Shown in pieces: positions 49,496-59,775 of a stretch of 64,000 bases of DNA. The DNA lies in NCBI GenBank assembly GCA_964478695.1, contig CAYZIP010000004.1, forward strand, positions 401-64,400, given 5' to 3'. The stretch is from an uncultured Candidatus Saccharibacteria bacterium. GTDB taxonomy: Bacteria > Patescibacteriota > Saccharimonadia > JAGOAT01 > CAYZIP01. The first letter of the stretch is position 1; the number at the start of each line of letters is the position of its first letter. The notes beneath the pieces were generated by a model. That model was not told where the DNA came from, did no database searches, and saw nothing but the letters and a program-made list of their open reading frames with translations. A program made the translations under genes and the position numbers.

Positions 49496-51900
49496 AATAC
49501 GATTTTATCGTTCTGATAATCTATAATCACTTTATCACCAGTCTTAATTTCTTTTTGTACTAGTTTTTGTATTAAAACTCGCTCAACATGAGAGAGCAAT
49601 ATTCTGCGCATAGGTCTTGCCCCCATGTTTTCAGATAAGGCTAGATTTATTAAATATTTTTTGGCTGCTACACTTGCGCTAAGCTTTAAATCATATTTAC
49701 CTAAACGTTTTATTAACTTACTAAGCTCAAGATTAAAGATCTGTTCATGGTCTTTATTAGACAAGCTAGAAAAACCAATCACAAAATCTAATCTGTTAAT
49801 GAACTCAGGAGATAAAGATTTTAATAGTTCACCAGAGATAATAGACTTAACTTCTTGGCCAGATAAATTGTCATCAATACTAAAACCAAACCCTTTTTTA
49901 CTGCCTAGTTTGTGTGCACCAATATTACTGGTCATGATGATGATTGACTGACTAAAGTCTATCTCTATACCCTTGGCATCAGTAATTTTACCATCTTCTA
50001 ATATTTGCAACATCAAATGATGTACTTCACTATGAGCTTTTTCTATTTCATCAAATAAAATTACACTACCAGGTCTCTTTTGTACTTTTTCTAAAAATAT
50101 ATTACGGTCATTATGACCTACATACCCTGGAGGAGCTCCTACAATTCTAGCACTATGGTGGCTGGAAGCGAATTCGCTCATATCAACTTTTATAAAATTG
50201 TCTTTACTTCCGAATAGCTCTAGAGCTAGACTAGACGCTAAATAACTTTTACCCACCCCAGTTGGCCCCAAGAATAAGAAGCTGCCCAAAGGCCTGCTGC
50301 CATCAGTTATGCCAAGATATGCTCTTTCTACCACTAAAACTAAATCATCAATAGCCTGATCTTGGCCTATAATAATCTTTTTTAACCTTGAACCAAGTGA
50401 AGCAATATGCTTAGATTGATCTGCTTTAGAATTTATTTTATTTAATAAATATTCACTACTTAGCCCAGAAAGCTCTTCTACTCTAGAAGCAATATCCTTG
50501 ATAGTAATAATATTTTTTTTAATTTTACTATTAACTATACGTAGCTGCTCTTGCAGTCGAATCAACTCCGTCTTAACCTCGGCGGCCTTCTGATAATCTT
50601 GTAATTGTAAAGCCAATTCTATTTCATCTTGTTTTTCGCTAATACTACTGATCAGCTCAGCTTTATTGGCTGGCTCGCTCTTACTGGCTAATAGTAGTTT
50701 ATACGCCACAACATCATCTAATAAATCTATAGCTTTGTCTGGATTTTTACGATGCAAATCAATATAACTACTCATTTCTGTTACGGCCTCCAATACCCCA
50801 TTATCTATACTGACATTTTGATTAGATATTATATAATCTGAGGCTTTGGTCAGGATTTCTAATACTGCTTCTTTACTAGGTTCATTAATATCTATACTAA
50901 TAAACCTACGGCTTAGGGCATGGTCTGATCTAATATGTTTATGGTACTCATCTTTTGTGGTGGTCCCGATAATCTGCAATACTCCTCTAGATAAGGGGTT
51001 TTTTAAAATATTAGCTGCATCCAGTGTCCCGTCCGATGTTCCCGAACCTACAATTGTATGTATCTCGTCTATTAAAAGAATAATATTTTTATTATGTTCT
51101 AATTCTTTAATAATCTTTTTAATCTTCTCCTCGAATTCTCCTCTATATTTAGTTCCAGCCACCACACTAGCCATGTCTAACATCATAATAACTTTATCTT
51201 TAAAGTTGGCAGGTACATTTTTTTGTACTATTCTCTGGGCCAGACCTTCTACTATAGCAGTTTTGCCCACACCAGCATCACCTATTAAAATAGCATTATT
51301 CTTTACTTTACGTCCTAATACTGTTAATAATTTATCCACCTCATTCTCTCGTCCAATCACTGGACGCAATTCTCCCTTAAGAGCTTTTTCATTTAAATTA
51401 ATGGCCAGACTATTTAATATCACAGGAGTATGGTCTTTTGCTTTTGCACTCCCATTTTGATAATGCTCACGCATCAATAAAGCTAAATCTTCTACAATCT
51501 GATCAATCTCAGTTATAGACCTTATTTTGAGTAAAGCTTTACCTGTTCCTTGGGTAAGCATAGACATTAATAAATGTTCTGAACCTATCCAATGATAGCC
51601 AAAGTCTCTGGCAATTTTTACACTATCTAGAACAATATTATTTACTCCATTAGACCATTTTAAATCATCACTGCTATCTACAGGCACAGGCACAGCTACT
51701 CTAATTTTATCTAAACTAATACCATGATCCACCAGTATTTTAGAAGCAACAGAGTCAGTATTTTTCAAGATAGCCAGCAATAAATGTTCGCTACTAATCC
51801 ACCTATCTCCCAAATTCTTAGCAATATCGGTAGACATACTAAGAATAGTTTTATAATTCTTAGTAAAACGCTCAAATTCAGGGCTATTAAGATCTATCAT
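49477..51900 (-). CDS. clpC: ATP-dependent Clp protease ATP-binding subunit ClpC (two Clp_N repeats, two AAA+ modules, short UVR-like M-domain)
   Basis: GDAGVGKTAIVEGLA and GPTGVGKSYLASSLA Walker A boxes; 807 aa with short middle domain favours ClpC over ClpB. Confidence 0.85.
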   Translation of the reverse strand: MIDLNSPEFERFTKNYKTILSMSTDIAKNLGDRWISSEHLLLAILKNTDSVASKILVDHGISLDKIRVAVPVPVDSSDDLKWSNGVNNIVLDSVKIARDFGYHWIGSEHLLMSMLTQGTGKALLKIRSITEIDQIVEDLALLMREHYQNGSAKAKDHTPVILNSLAINLNEKALKGELRPVIGRENEVDKLLTVLGRKVKNNAILIGDAGVGKTAIVEGLAQRIVQKNVPANFKDKVIMMLDMASVVAGTKYRGEFEEKIKKIIKELEHNKNIILLIDEIHTIVGSGTSDGTLDAANILKNPLSRGVLQIIGTTTKDEYHKHIRSDHALSRRFISIDINEPSKEAVLEILTKASDYIISNQNVSIDNGVLEAVTEMSSYIDLHRKNPDKAIDLLDDVVAYKLLLASKSEPANKAELISSISEKQDEIELALQLQDYQKAAEVKTELIRLQEQLRIVNSKIKKNIITIKDIASRVEELSGLSSEYLLNKINSKADQSKHIASLGSRLKKIIIGQDQAIDDLVLVVERAYLGITDGSRPLGSFLFLGPTGVGKSYLASSLALELFGSKDNFIKVDMSEFASSHHSARIVGAPPGYVGHNDRNIFLEKVQKRPGSVILFDEIEKAHSEVHHLMLQILEDGKITDAKGIEIDFSQSIIIMTSNIGAHKLGSKKGFGFSIDDNLSGQEVKSIISGELLKSLSPEFINRLDFVIGFSSLSNKDHEQIFNLELSKLIKRLGKYDLKLSASVAAKKYLINLALSENMGARPMRRILLSHVERVLIQKLVQKEIKTGDKVIIDYQNDKIVLCPKKK

Positions 51901-51936
51901 AATTTTATATACTCCCTTATATTATAAGTATAGAAT

Positions 51937-51950
51937 TTTGAAGCTTCAAA
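51937..51950. promoter_or_regulatory. 14-bp perfect palindrome TTTGAAGCTTCAAA 37 nt upstream of the clpC start; candidate operator
   Basis: Read directly. A second 9-bp inverted repeat AGTAATCTA...TAGATTACT (51973-52019) follows. Confidence 0.4.
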
Positions 51951-52060
51951 TCCAAAACCATGATGACTATATAGTAATCTACTAAATTACAAGTTATTAT
52001 TTTGACTTATTAGATTACTATAACAACCAAGTTTTAAAATAATCAGTTCAAAAGTTTAAA

Positions 52061-53188
52061 CTATTCCCCATCCACAGCACTTAATAAACTGTCTTCAGAA
52101 TCTATTTTTTTCTTATTTTTTACTACAGTAGCATTGGCAATCCCTTCTACTTGTGCTATATCTAGATTCCAGCCAGTTAGGCGAGAAGCTAAGCGGACAT
52201 TTTGCCCTCCACTACCAATGGCTAAAGAGAACTGATCTTCAGTTACATTAACTTTAGCACTCTGATTATCTTCATCTAAATCTATAGAGGTTATCTGAGT
52301 TGGGCTCAAGGAATTAGTAATATATTCTTTAATATCATCGCTATAAACAATAATATCTATTTTCTCACTACCAATTTCAGAACGCACGGCTTGTACTCTA
52401 GTCCCTCTGCCCCCTACAAAAGTACCAACAGGATCTATTCCTTCCATGGTGGCCTTAACAGACATCTTAGTACGAACTCCAGCCTCTCTAACTACAGAAA
52501 CAATCTCCACTGTGCCACCCTCTACTTCGGGCACTTCTAGATTAAACAATTCTCGAATTAGACCAGCAGCAGCTCTAGAAACTATCACCCTTGGGCCTCT
52601 TAAATCTTCTTCCACTTTGGCAATATAGACCTTCAGCCTTTGTCCAGGATAATACTTTTCGTTTTTAACTTGTTCTCTATAAGGCATAACTCCTATGCCT
52701 CGTCCTAGATCAAAGTAAACATTACCATACTCTATCCTTTGTACTATACCATTAATGATGGTATCTACTTTTTCTGAATATTCTTCTATAATCATTTCTT
52801 TTTCTAAGTCTCGAATTCTGGATAAAATAACATGCTTGGCAGCCTGTGCAGCAATACGTCCAAAGCTTTCAGGATGCACCTCTACCTCCATAGTATCTCC
52901 AGCTTTAGCCTTGGTATTTTTCTTTAATACTTCAGACAAAGAAATATAGCTAGCATCATCAGACACTTTACCTTCTACAATTGTTTTCTCTACAAAAATA
53001 GATATCTTTTTACTATCCCTATCGATTTCTACTCGTACTGGTTGCAAATCATCTATAGCATAGTCTTTTTGCCAAGCACTAGCTATAGCTTGCTCTACAA
53101 CTTCATACATTTTATCTTCTTCTAGACCTTTTTCTATACAAATCTGCTCAATGGCTCCAATAAATTTTTCATCCATTACGTCTAGCAT
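52061..53188 (-). CDS. nusA: Transcription termination/antitermination factor NusA
   Basis: N-terminal domain, S1 and two KH domains; 375 aa. Confidence 0.9.
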   Translation of the reverse strand: MLDVMDEKFIGAIEQICIEKGLEEDKMYEVVEQAIASAWQKDYAIDDLQPVRVEIDRDSKKISIFVEKTIVEGKVSDDASYISLSEVLKKNTKAKAGDTMEVEVHPESFGRIAAQAAKHVILSRIRDLEKEMIIEEYSEKVDTIINGIVQRIEYGNVYFDLGRGIGVMPYREQVKNEKYYPGQRLKVYIAKVEEDLRGPRVIVSRAAAGLIRELFNLEVPEVEGGTVEIVSVVREAGVRTKMSVKATMEGIDPVGTFVGGRGTRVQAVRSEIGSEKIDIIVYSDDIKEYITNSLSPTQITSIDLDEDNQSAKVNVTEDQFSLAIGSGGQNVRLASRLTGWNLDIAQVEGIANATVVKNKKKIDSEDSLLSAVDGE

Positions 53189-53229
53189 GATTTCTCCTTC
53201 ATTTTAAAATAATGATATTAATAAAAAAA

Positions 53230-53256
53230 GCCAGCCCATTGAAGGCTGGCTTTTTT
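53230..53256. terminator. GC-rich hairpin gccagcc-cattgaa-ggctggc flanked by an A-run and a T-run: bidirectional intrinsic terminator between yraN and nusA
   Basis: 7-bp GC stem with aaaaaaa on the 5' side and tttttt on the 3' side, read directly. Confidence 0.55.
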
Positions 53257-53377
53257 GTCGTTAGTCACAGTCTTTAATTAAATACTGAGTTCTGTTGATG
53301 AGAACAAAACTCAGTCTAAATAGTTTAACATGAACTATAATTAAAAGTCAAAAAAAACTTGTGTAATTCATAACTAC

Positions 53378-53743
53378 CTAGCCATTATACTCTATACAGT
53401 CTGGATAATAATTGATAAAATTATCCTCACCTTTAATCAAAATAATCACAGCGTCAAAACGTATATGATATCCTTGATACTGCTTATACCTATTCCGTAT
53501 CCAGGGGATAGATCTAAGCATAATTGCCTTCTTTCTGTAATTGATAGCACTAACTCCTCCTCCAAAACTATCGGAGCTTCTAGTTTTGACTTCCACTATA
53601 ACTAAATATGGTGGCTTAAGGGCCAATATGTCTATTTCAAATAGTCTCGCTACACTAATGTTTCGATCAATTATTTCAAAACCTTGATCTAATAAATAGC
53701 TCACAGCCACATCTTCACCATATGAACCAAGACTTTTAGACAT
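53378..53743 (-). CDS. yraN: YraN-family (UPF0102) endonuclease-like protein
   Basis: GEDVAVSYLLDQGFEIIDRN...EIDILA...LVIVEVKTR matches the YraN PD-(D/E)xK pattern. Confidence 0.7.
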   Translation of the reverse strand: MSKSLGSYGEDVAVSYLLDQGFEIIDRNISVARLFEIDILALKPPYLVIVEVKTRSSDSFGGGVSAINYRKKAIMLRSIPWIRNRYKQYQGYHIRFDAVIILIKGEDNFINYYPDCIEYNG

Positions 53744-53776
53744 AGAGCAATAAAATTAAAAGATAAAAGTTATTTT

Positions 53777-54328
53777 TTAGACTTCTGTAGCTACTTGGTC
53801 TTCTACTGGAGTAGATTTATTGCCATATACACCTTCTGATGAATTCTCATCTTCTGCATTGCCACTTGCCAACTTCTCATCCACAGCTTCATTTGACGGA
53901 CTTTGGCTATTACCAAGATCTTGTTCTATGGTGGATTGTAAATCTTGTGTATTTAAACCTAAGTCTTTTAATTTTGCAGCCTTGCCCCTCAAACCTCTCA
54001 GATAAGTCAAGAAGGCTCTTCTGACTTTTGATCTTTTCATAATTTCTATTTTTTCAATATTAGGGGAGTGCAGTAACCATCCTTTTTCTACACCAACAGA
54101 ATAAGATACTTTACGTACCAGAATACTAGCCTGCAGAGATTTGGGCTTAGTATGCCTAATAACAACTCCTTCAAAGACTTGAGTTCTAGTTTTATTACCT
54201 TCTCTAATGATCTGATGCACTTTAACTAAATCACCCACCCTAACATCAATCAGGGATGGTTTCTTGAACTTTTTAGAGTAATTTTGCACCAAAACATTTG
54301 ACATATCTATAGTATTGTACCAAAGCAA
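53777..54328 (-). CDS. rplS: 50S ribosomal protein L19 with acidic C-terminal extension of about 60 aa (start probably at Met9, MSNVLV)
   Basis: VRVGDLVKVHQIIREGNKTRTQVFEGVVI...RSKVRRAFLTYLRGLRGKAAKLK. Confidence 0.9.
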   Translation of the reverse strand: MLWYNTIDMSNVLVQNYSKKFKKPSLIDVRVGDLVKVHQIIREGNKTRTQVFEGVVIRHTKPKSLQASILVRKVSYSVGVEKGWLLHSPNIEKIEIMKRSKVRRAFLTYLRGLRGKAAKLKDLGLNTQDLQSTIEQDLGNSQSPSNEAVDEKLASGNAEDENSSEGVYGNKSTPVEDQVATEV

Positions 54329-54374
54329 ATATTAAATTTCAATGGTCTATTAAAGACCTATTTGGACTAGAAAT

Positions 54375-57300
54375 TTATAGCACTTTTTTTAAAGCTTCCT
54401 CTAATACCACTAAATTCTTTACTTTATTTGGTAGTTTAAATTTCTTCTTGATTCCCCCAGATACAATCTCTAAGACCACCTCCATCTTCCCACTGGCCAT
54501 CACCAGCCCTTGACCAAGATCACTTAATGTCTGAGCACTATGATGTCTGATTATAATATATAGCTTGTGGTCTTTTTCATATATATCTACATCTTTATTA
54601 ATACTAATGACCTCTGTCTTTACTGGCTTCATCTCTTTATTAATAGTCAAATCATCGGAATCATGATTTAATAATTCCTCCATCTTATCAGCCAATACCT
54701 TGGATCTATCCAAAACATTATTGTTTTGATCATACATCTGCAACTTTCCATATACATATAAAAGCTTATCTATGACTAATACATCAGCATATTGTTCATA
54801 TAATTTAGGGAATATAACTACTTCAATATCACCATAAACACTAGCCAAAGATACAAAAGCCATCTTCTGCCCATTTTTGGTTTGTATGTCTTTAATACTA
54901 CGTATCACCCCACCTGTCTCAATAGATTTATTATGATCTTCTACGATATGGTTCCCAAAATCATATGTTTTAGCTTTTAAATATGATTGCCACTTCTTTA
55001 ATGGATGATCCGATATATATAGCCCTAATAATTCTTTTTCATAAGCCAATAGCTCTGATGGATCTATATTTTCAAAAGCAGTATCAAATACTATATTAAG
55101 CTCTAGATTTTTTACTAGCTCCCCACCGAATAGATCGGTCTGTTTATTATTCATACTCTTGCCAAATGAAGATATACTACTAGTAATTTTATCCATATTT
55201 GCCAGTAACATAGGACGTATATTTATTGGATCCAAATCCTTAAAGAGGCTATCAAAAGCTCCTACTTTGATCAAAGATTCTAATGTTTTTTTATTAGGAG
55301 AATCACTAGATTTGGCAATCCTGGTTACAAAATCATTAAAGTCACGGAAATGGCCATTAGTATCTCTTTCATTGATAATAACCTTAACTTGATTAGTAGA
55401 AACATTTTTAATCGCCATTAAACCAAATCGTATATCATATCCATCGCCTTCCTCCCTAGAACTGATGGCAAACTCAGCAAAGCTATGATTAATGTCTGGG
55501 GGCAAGACATTAATACCCATCTTAGATGCTTCATCTATATCTACGGCTATTCTCTCTATGTCCGAGTAATCACTAGTCATTAAAGCAGCCATAAAAGGAG
55601 CTGGATAGTGTGCTTTAAGATATGCTGTCCAGATAGCAATTAGACCATAACAAGCAGCATGAGATTTATTAAAACAATAAGCCGAAAAGTCCTCTAAGCT
55701 AGTCCATAGCTGCTCTACAAAATCCCTCTCTACCCCACTGTGTTCTATGGCTCCCTCTATAAAACTCTCTTTCATTTTCGCTAAAGTATCAGCCTGTTTT
55801 TTGCCCATAGCTTTACGCAGAGTATCAGACTGGGCCCCTGTAAAGCCACATAAATCTTTAGATATCTGCATCACTTGTTCTTGATAAACAATAATGCCAT
55901 AAGTACTTTCTAGAACTGCCTTCATCTTAGGATGTCCATATTGGATTTGGTCAGGGTGGTGTTTGCGATTAATAAAATCATCTATCCACTGCATGGGCCC
56001 TGGTCTATAGATAGCTACCATGGCTACTATATCTTCAAAGCTAGTAGGAGATAATTTCTTAATATATTTTTTCATGCCATTAGATTCTAGCTGAAATACT
56101 CCAGTGGTCTTGGCTGCAGCTAGCAGTTCAAATGTTTTCTTGTCATCAATAGGGATATTTTCCACATCAATGTCTTCTCCATAAACTTTTTTAATAATTC
56201 TAAGACAATTTTTAATGATAGTTAGGTTTGACAGACCCAAAAAATCAAATTTTAATAGGCCCACGTCCTCTATTGGATTCATAGAATACTGAGTACATAT
56301 CACTCCAGAAGAAGCCTTCTTTAAAGGAGTAAAATTAATAATTGGTTCTGGAGCAATCACTACAGCCGAAGCATGTACCCCGTCATTGCGAATAGTTCCC
56401 TCTAAGCTAATAGCCCCATCCAATAATTGTTTATAGATTGGATTTTTATAAAATACCTTTAGCTCTTCCACTTTTTCTAAATGTTTTTTTAATGGGGTAT
56501 GCTTGCCTTGTACAGGAGGAGGAACTGATTTTGCGATCTTATCAACCTCAGCCAAAGGTATATCTAATACTCGCCCCACATCTCTGATGGCATTGCGAGC
56601 TGCCATAGTACCAAAAGTAATAATATGCGCTACCTTATCTGCCCCATATTTATCGGTAGCATAATTTATAATTTCATCTCTTCTGTCATCGGCAAAATCC
56701 ATATCAATATCAGGCATACTAATGCGATCTGGATTTAGAAATCTCTCAAAGAATAGCCCCCAGCGCAGAGGGTCAATAATAGTAATATTAGAACAATAAG
56801 CAATAATAGAGCCAGCTGCACTTCCTCGGCCAGGGCCACATAGTATGCCATTCTCTTTAGCATAACGATATAGATCAGATACTATTAAAAAGTACCCAGA
56901 AAAACCCATTTTGCTAATAATAGACAACTCGAACTCTATTCTTTCTATCACTTCTTTTGACAAAGAAGCTATAATATCTTTTTCATTCATGGAAGCAATT
57001 TCTTGATCTGACTTATGAGCATATTTACGTGCTGCCCCCTTGAGAACAATATCTTTTAAATAATCATCTTCTCCAATTCCTTTAGGGGTATCAAAAACTG
57101 GTATAAGCCCTGTTCCTAGTTTTAGTTCCAAATCACACATCTTGGCTACTTCTATCGTATTAGAAAAAGCCAATTCCATATCTGCCTTATCAGCAAAGTT
57201 ATTATTAAAAATCTCTTCTTGGCTAGCTACATATACAGCTTGCTCAATCCTAAATCTATTCTGATCACTAATCTTATTACCAGTCTGTACGCACAACAGT

Positions 57301-57986
57301 AGATCATGATTAATATGATCACTGGCAAAAGTATAATGACAATCTTTGCTAACAATATATCTAATACCCAGCTCTTTAGCCAAAGCTATTTTGGCTCTAT
57401 TTATTTTTGCTCCCTCTTCCCAGCCAGGGTGATCTTGCAATTCTAAAAAATAGTTATCTTCGCCAAATGTCTTTTGATACCAAGTGGCTATCTCGACAGC
57501 TTTTTTATTATCACCTTGTGTAATAGCTTTAGCCAGCTCTCCCCCAGCACAACCAGACAATACTATTAATCCTTCTCTATGTTGCTCTAGTAAATCATGA
57601 TCTATCCGCGGCTTATAATACATGCCTTCTAAATGGGCAGTAGTAGTAAGTTTCATTAAATTATGATAGCCAGCCAAATTCTTTGCTAATAAGATTAAAT
57701 GATATGGCTTGCGGTCCAGTTCGCTGCTGCGATCATTAATAGTTCTAGGGGCAATATAAGCTTCCATCCCAATAATAGGCTTAATATTTCTCTTAATGGC
57801 TTCTTTATAGAAATCAATGGCCCCGAACATAACTCCATGGTCCGTAATGGCCATAGCAGAGTGTCCCAACTCCTTAGCCCTATCTAGCATGGAAGGCAGT
57901 TTTTGCAATCCATCCAATAGGCTATAGTGGGTATGATTATGTAGGTGAACAAAGTCTAATGGCTTTGTTTTTGCATCAACTGCCAC
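54375..57986 (-). CDS. dnaE: DNA polymerase III alpha subunit
   Basis: N-terminal PHP domain (HLHNHTHYSLLDG), polymerase core, OB domain; 1203 aa. Confidence 0.93.
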   Translation of the reverse strand: MAVDAKTKPLDFVHLHNHTHYSLLDGLQKLPSMLDRAKELGHSAMAITDHGVMFGAIDFYKEAIKRNIKPIIGMEAYIAPRTINDRSSELDRKPYHLILLAKNLAGYHNLMKLTTTAHLEGMYYKPRIDHDLLEQHREGLIVLSGCAGGELAKAITQGDNKKAVEIATWYQKTFGEDNYFLELQDHPGWEEGAKINRAKIALAKELGIRYIVSKDCHYTFASDHINHDLLLCVQTGNKISDQNRFRIEQAVYVASQEEIFNNNFADKADMELAFSNTIEVAKMCDLELKLGTGLIPVFDTPKGIGEDDYLKDIVLKGAARKYAHKSDQEIASMNEKDIIASLSKEVIERIEFELSIISKMGFSGYFLIVSDLYRYAKENGILCGPGRGSAAGSIIAYCSNITIIDPLRWGLFFERFLNPDRISMPDIDMDFADDRRDEIINYATDKYGADKVAHIITFGTMAARNAIRDVGRVLDIPLAEVDKIAKSVPPPVQGKHTPLKKHLEKVEELKVFYKNPIYKQLLDGAISLEGTIRNDGVHASAVVIAPEPIINFTPLKKASSGVICTQYSMNPIEDVGLLKFDFLGLSNLTIIKNCLRIIKKVYGEDIDVENIPIDDKKTFELLAAAKTTGVFQLESNGMKKYIKKLSPTSFEDIVAMVAIYRPGPMQWIDDFINRKHHPDQIQYGHPKMKAVLESTYGIIVYQEQVMQISKDLCGFTGAQSDTLRKAMGKKQADTLAKMKESFIEGAIEHSGVERDFVEQLWTSLEDFSAYCFNKSHAACYGLIAIWTAYLKAHYPAPFMAALMTSDYSDIERIAVDIDEASKMGINVLPPDINHSFAEFAISSREEGDGYDIRFGLMAIKNVSTNQVKVIINERDTNGHFRDFNDFVTRIAKSSDSPNKKTLESLIKVGAFDSLFKDLDPINIRPMLLANMDKITSSISSFGKSMNNKQTDLFGGELVKNLELNIVFDTAFENIDPSELLAYEKELLGLYISDHPLKKWQSYLKAKTYDFGNHIVEDHNKSIETGGVIRSIKDIQTKNGQKMAFVSLASVYGDIEVVIFPKLYEQYADVLVIDKLLYVYGKLQMYDQNNNVLDRSKVLADKMEELLNHDSDDLTINKEMKPVKTEVISINKDVDIYEKDHKLYIIIRHHSAQTLSDLGQGLVMASGKMEVVLEIVSGGIKKKFKLPNKVKNLVVLEEALKKVL

Positions 57987-58077
57987 TGTTAATATAAACC
58001 CCTCTTTAAAATAATATTTCTATGGTCAATCTATTAAGGCATAAGTCTTAATAGATTATTAAGACTATTGAAAGACC

Positions 58078-58326
58078 TTATTTTTTCTTTTTTAAATATT
58101 TACTCAGCAAACTAGTGGCTATAGCAGACAATGTTGCTGGACCGATGATTTTAGTCCTAACATCTTCTATAACCTCAAAAGCTGTTTTAGTACCGTCTTG
58201 AGCTGTCTCAGATATACGGCGTACTATTTTTAGTATCTTAAATACTAAAAATAAAATAGCAAATACTATCAACAGTAATAGTATAGTAGCCGAAGCCATA
58301 ATAATGGTTAGTATTTCTAGTCCCAT
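58078..58326 (-). CDS. Small single-pass membrane protein of unknown function
   Basis: 82 aa, N-terminal TM helix followed by a charged amphipathic tail ending KKKK. Confidence 0.45.
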   Translation of the reverse strand: MGLEILTIIMASATILLLLIVFAILFLVFKILKIVRRISETAQDGTKTAFEVIEDVRTKIIGPATLSAIATSLLSKYLKKKK

Positions 58327-58341
58327 ATTTAATATTATAGG

Positions 58342-59775
58342 CTATTTTGACATCATTTCCAATAAGAGCTTATTCACAATCGCTGGATTAGCCTTGCCTT
58401 GGCTTTCTTTTATCACCATCCCCACCAAGAACCCTAAAACCTTGCCATTTCCTCCCTTATACTGCTCTACTACTGAAGGATTTCTATCTAAAACTATTTG
58501 TATAATTTTTCTTATCTCTTCTGGATCAGAATCTTGCCTTAACCCTCTAGCCTGGATGATGCTAACTGGGCTCTCTCCTCGAACGATATCAGAAAAAATA
58601 TCTTTAGCGATCTTACTGCTAATAGTCCCATCAACCGTTAAAGTAATTAACTCAGATAAATTTTTGGCAGTTAATTTAGACTCTATATTACCCTCATTTA
58701 ATATATTTTGATAATCTCCAATAAGCCAATTAGTAATTTTAGAAAAATGGTCTTGGCCCAAGATATCTAAACTATCAATTAATAAATTCATAGCTTCACT
58801 ATTGCCCAAAAACAAATCATGTAATTTTTCTTCTAGCCCTCCAATAATCAATATCTCTCTCTGGGTCTTTGGTAGTATTTTAGGGTCTAAATCCGTCTCT
58901 AGTTCTTTCGCAAAAACCTGCCATAAATTAAAAGGAGGTATATCTGGCTCTGGAAAATATCTATAGTCTTGAGCTAATTCTTTGCTTCTTTGTGAAAAAG
59001 TAATATCTTTGGCTTGATCATATCCTCTAGTTTCTTGAGGTATGTACTCGCCTTTGTCTAATAAATCCGACTGTCTCTTAAATTCATAATCTAATGCTTT
59101 TTGAGCAAAACGAAATGAATTGAGATTCTTTAGTTCAACCTTACTGCCAAAGTCCTGTGAGCCCACCGGACGTAAAGAAACATTAACATCAAACTTAAAT
59201 TGCCCCTTTTCCATGTCAGCATCACTAATGCCTAGATTCACAACTGTATAATATAATTCCTGCAAGTATAGTCTAGCTTCTAGGGATGAGCGTATTTCTG
59301 GCCTAGATACTATTTCTAGCAGTGGAGATCCTCCTCTATTGTAGTCTATCAAGGTATACTCTGCTCCTGCCGGGTGATGAGACTTTGCGGCATCTTCTTC
59401 TAAATGAGCTCTTTCAATACCAATCTCTTTCCATTTTCCATCAATATATATTGGCAAATGCCCATCAAAGACAATGGGATAGTCATTCTGAGTAATCTGA
59501 TATCCTTTAGGTAAATCTGGATAAAAATAGTTTTTTCTATCAAAGCGAGTGTGATAATTAATTTTAGCTTGCAAGCCTTTAGCCAACACTAGTGATAGCT
59601 CGAATGCTTTTTTATTAGGCCTGGGTAAAGTTCCAGGTAATCCTAAACAAACTGGGCATATATTTACATTAGCCTGCTTTTCATCCATATCTAAAGCACA
59701 AGAACAAAACATTTTAGTCTTGGTTTTAAGCTGTACATGAGCTTCTATCCCGCAGACTAATTCATATTTACTCAT
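58342..59775 (-). CDS. gatB: Asp/Glu-tRNA amidotransferase subunit B
   Basis: GatB N-terminal catalytic fold and C-terminal GatB/YqeY domain; 477 aa. Confidence 0.92.
   Translation of the reverse strand: MSKYELVCGIEAHVQLKTKTKMFCSCALDMDEKQANVNICPVCLGLPGTLPRPNKKAFELSLVLAKGLQAKINYHTRFDRKNYFYPDLPKGYQITQNDYPIVFDGHLPIYIDGKWKEIGIERAHLEEDAAKSHHPAGAEYTLIDYNRGGSPLLEIVSRPEIRSSLEARLYLQELYYTVVNLGISDADMEKGQFKFDVNVSLRPVGSQDFGSKVELKNLNSFRFAQKALDYEFKRQSDLLDKGEYIPQETRGYDQAKDITFSQRSKELAQDYRYFPEPDIPPFNLWQVFAKELETDLDPKILPKTQREILIIGGLEEKLHDLFLGNSEAMNLLIDSLDILGQDHFSKITNWLIGDYQNILNEGNIESKLTAKNLSELITLTVDGTISSKIAKDIFSDIVRGESPVSIIQARGLRQDSDPEEIRKIIQIVLDRNPSVVEQYKGGNGKVLGFLVGMVIKESQGKANPAIVNKLLLEMMSK

Noticed and set aside
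51960-52020. CtsR operator upstream of clpC
   Set aside because: Only a single AGTCAAA heptad-like sequence is present, with no tandem repeat, and no ctsR gene is present.
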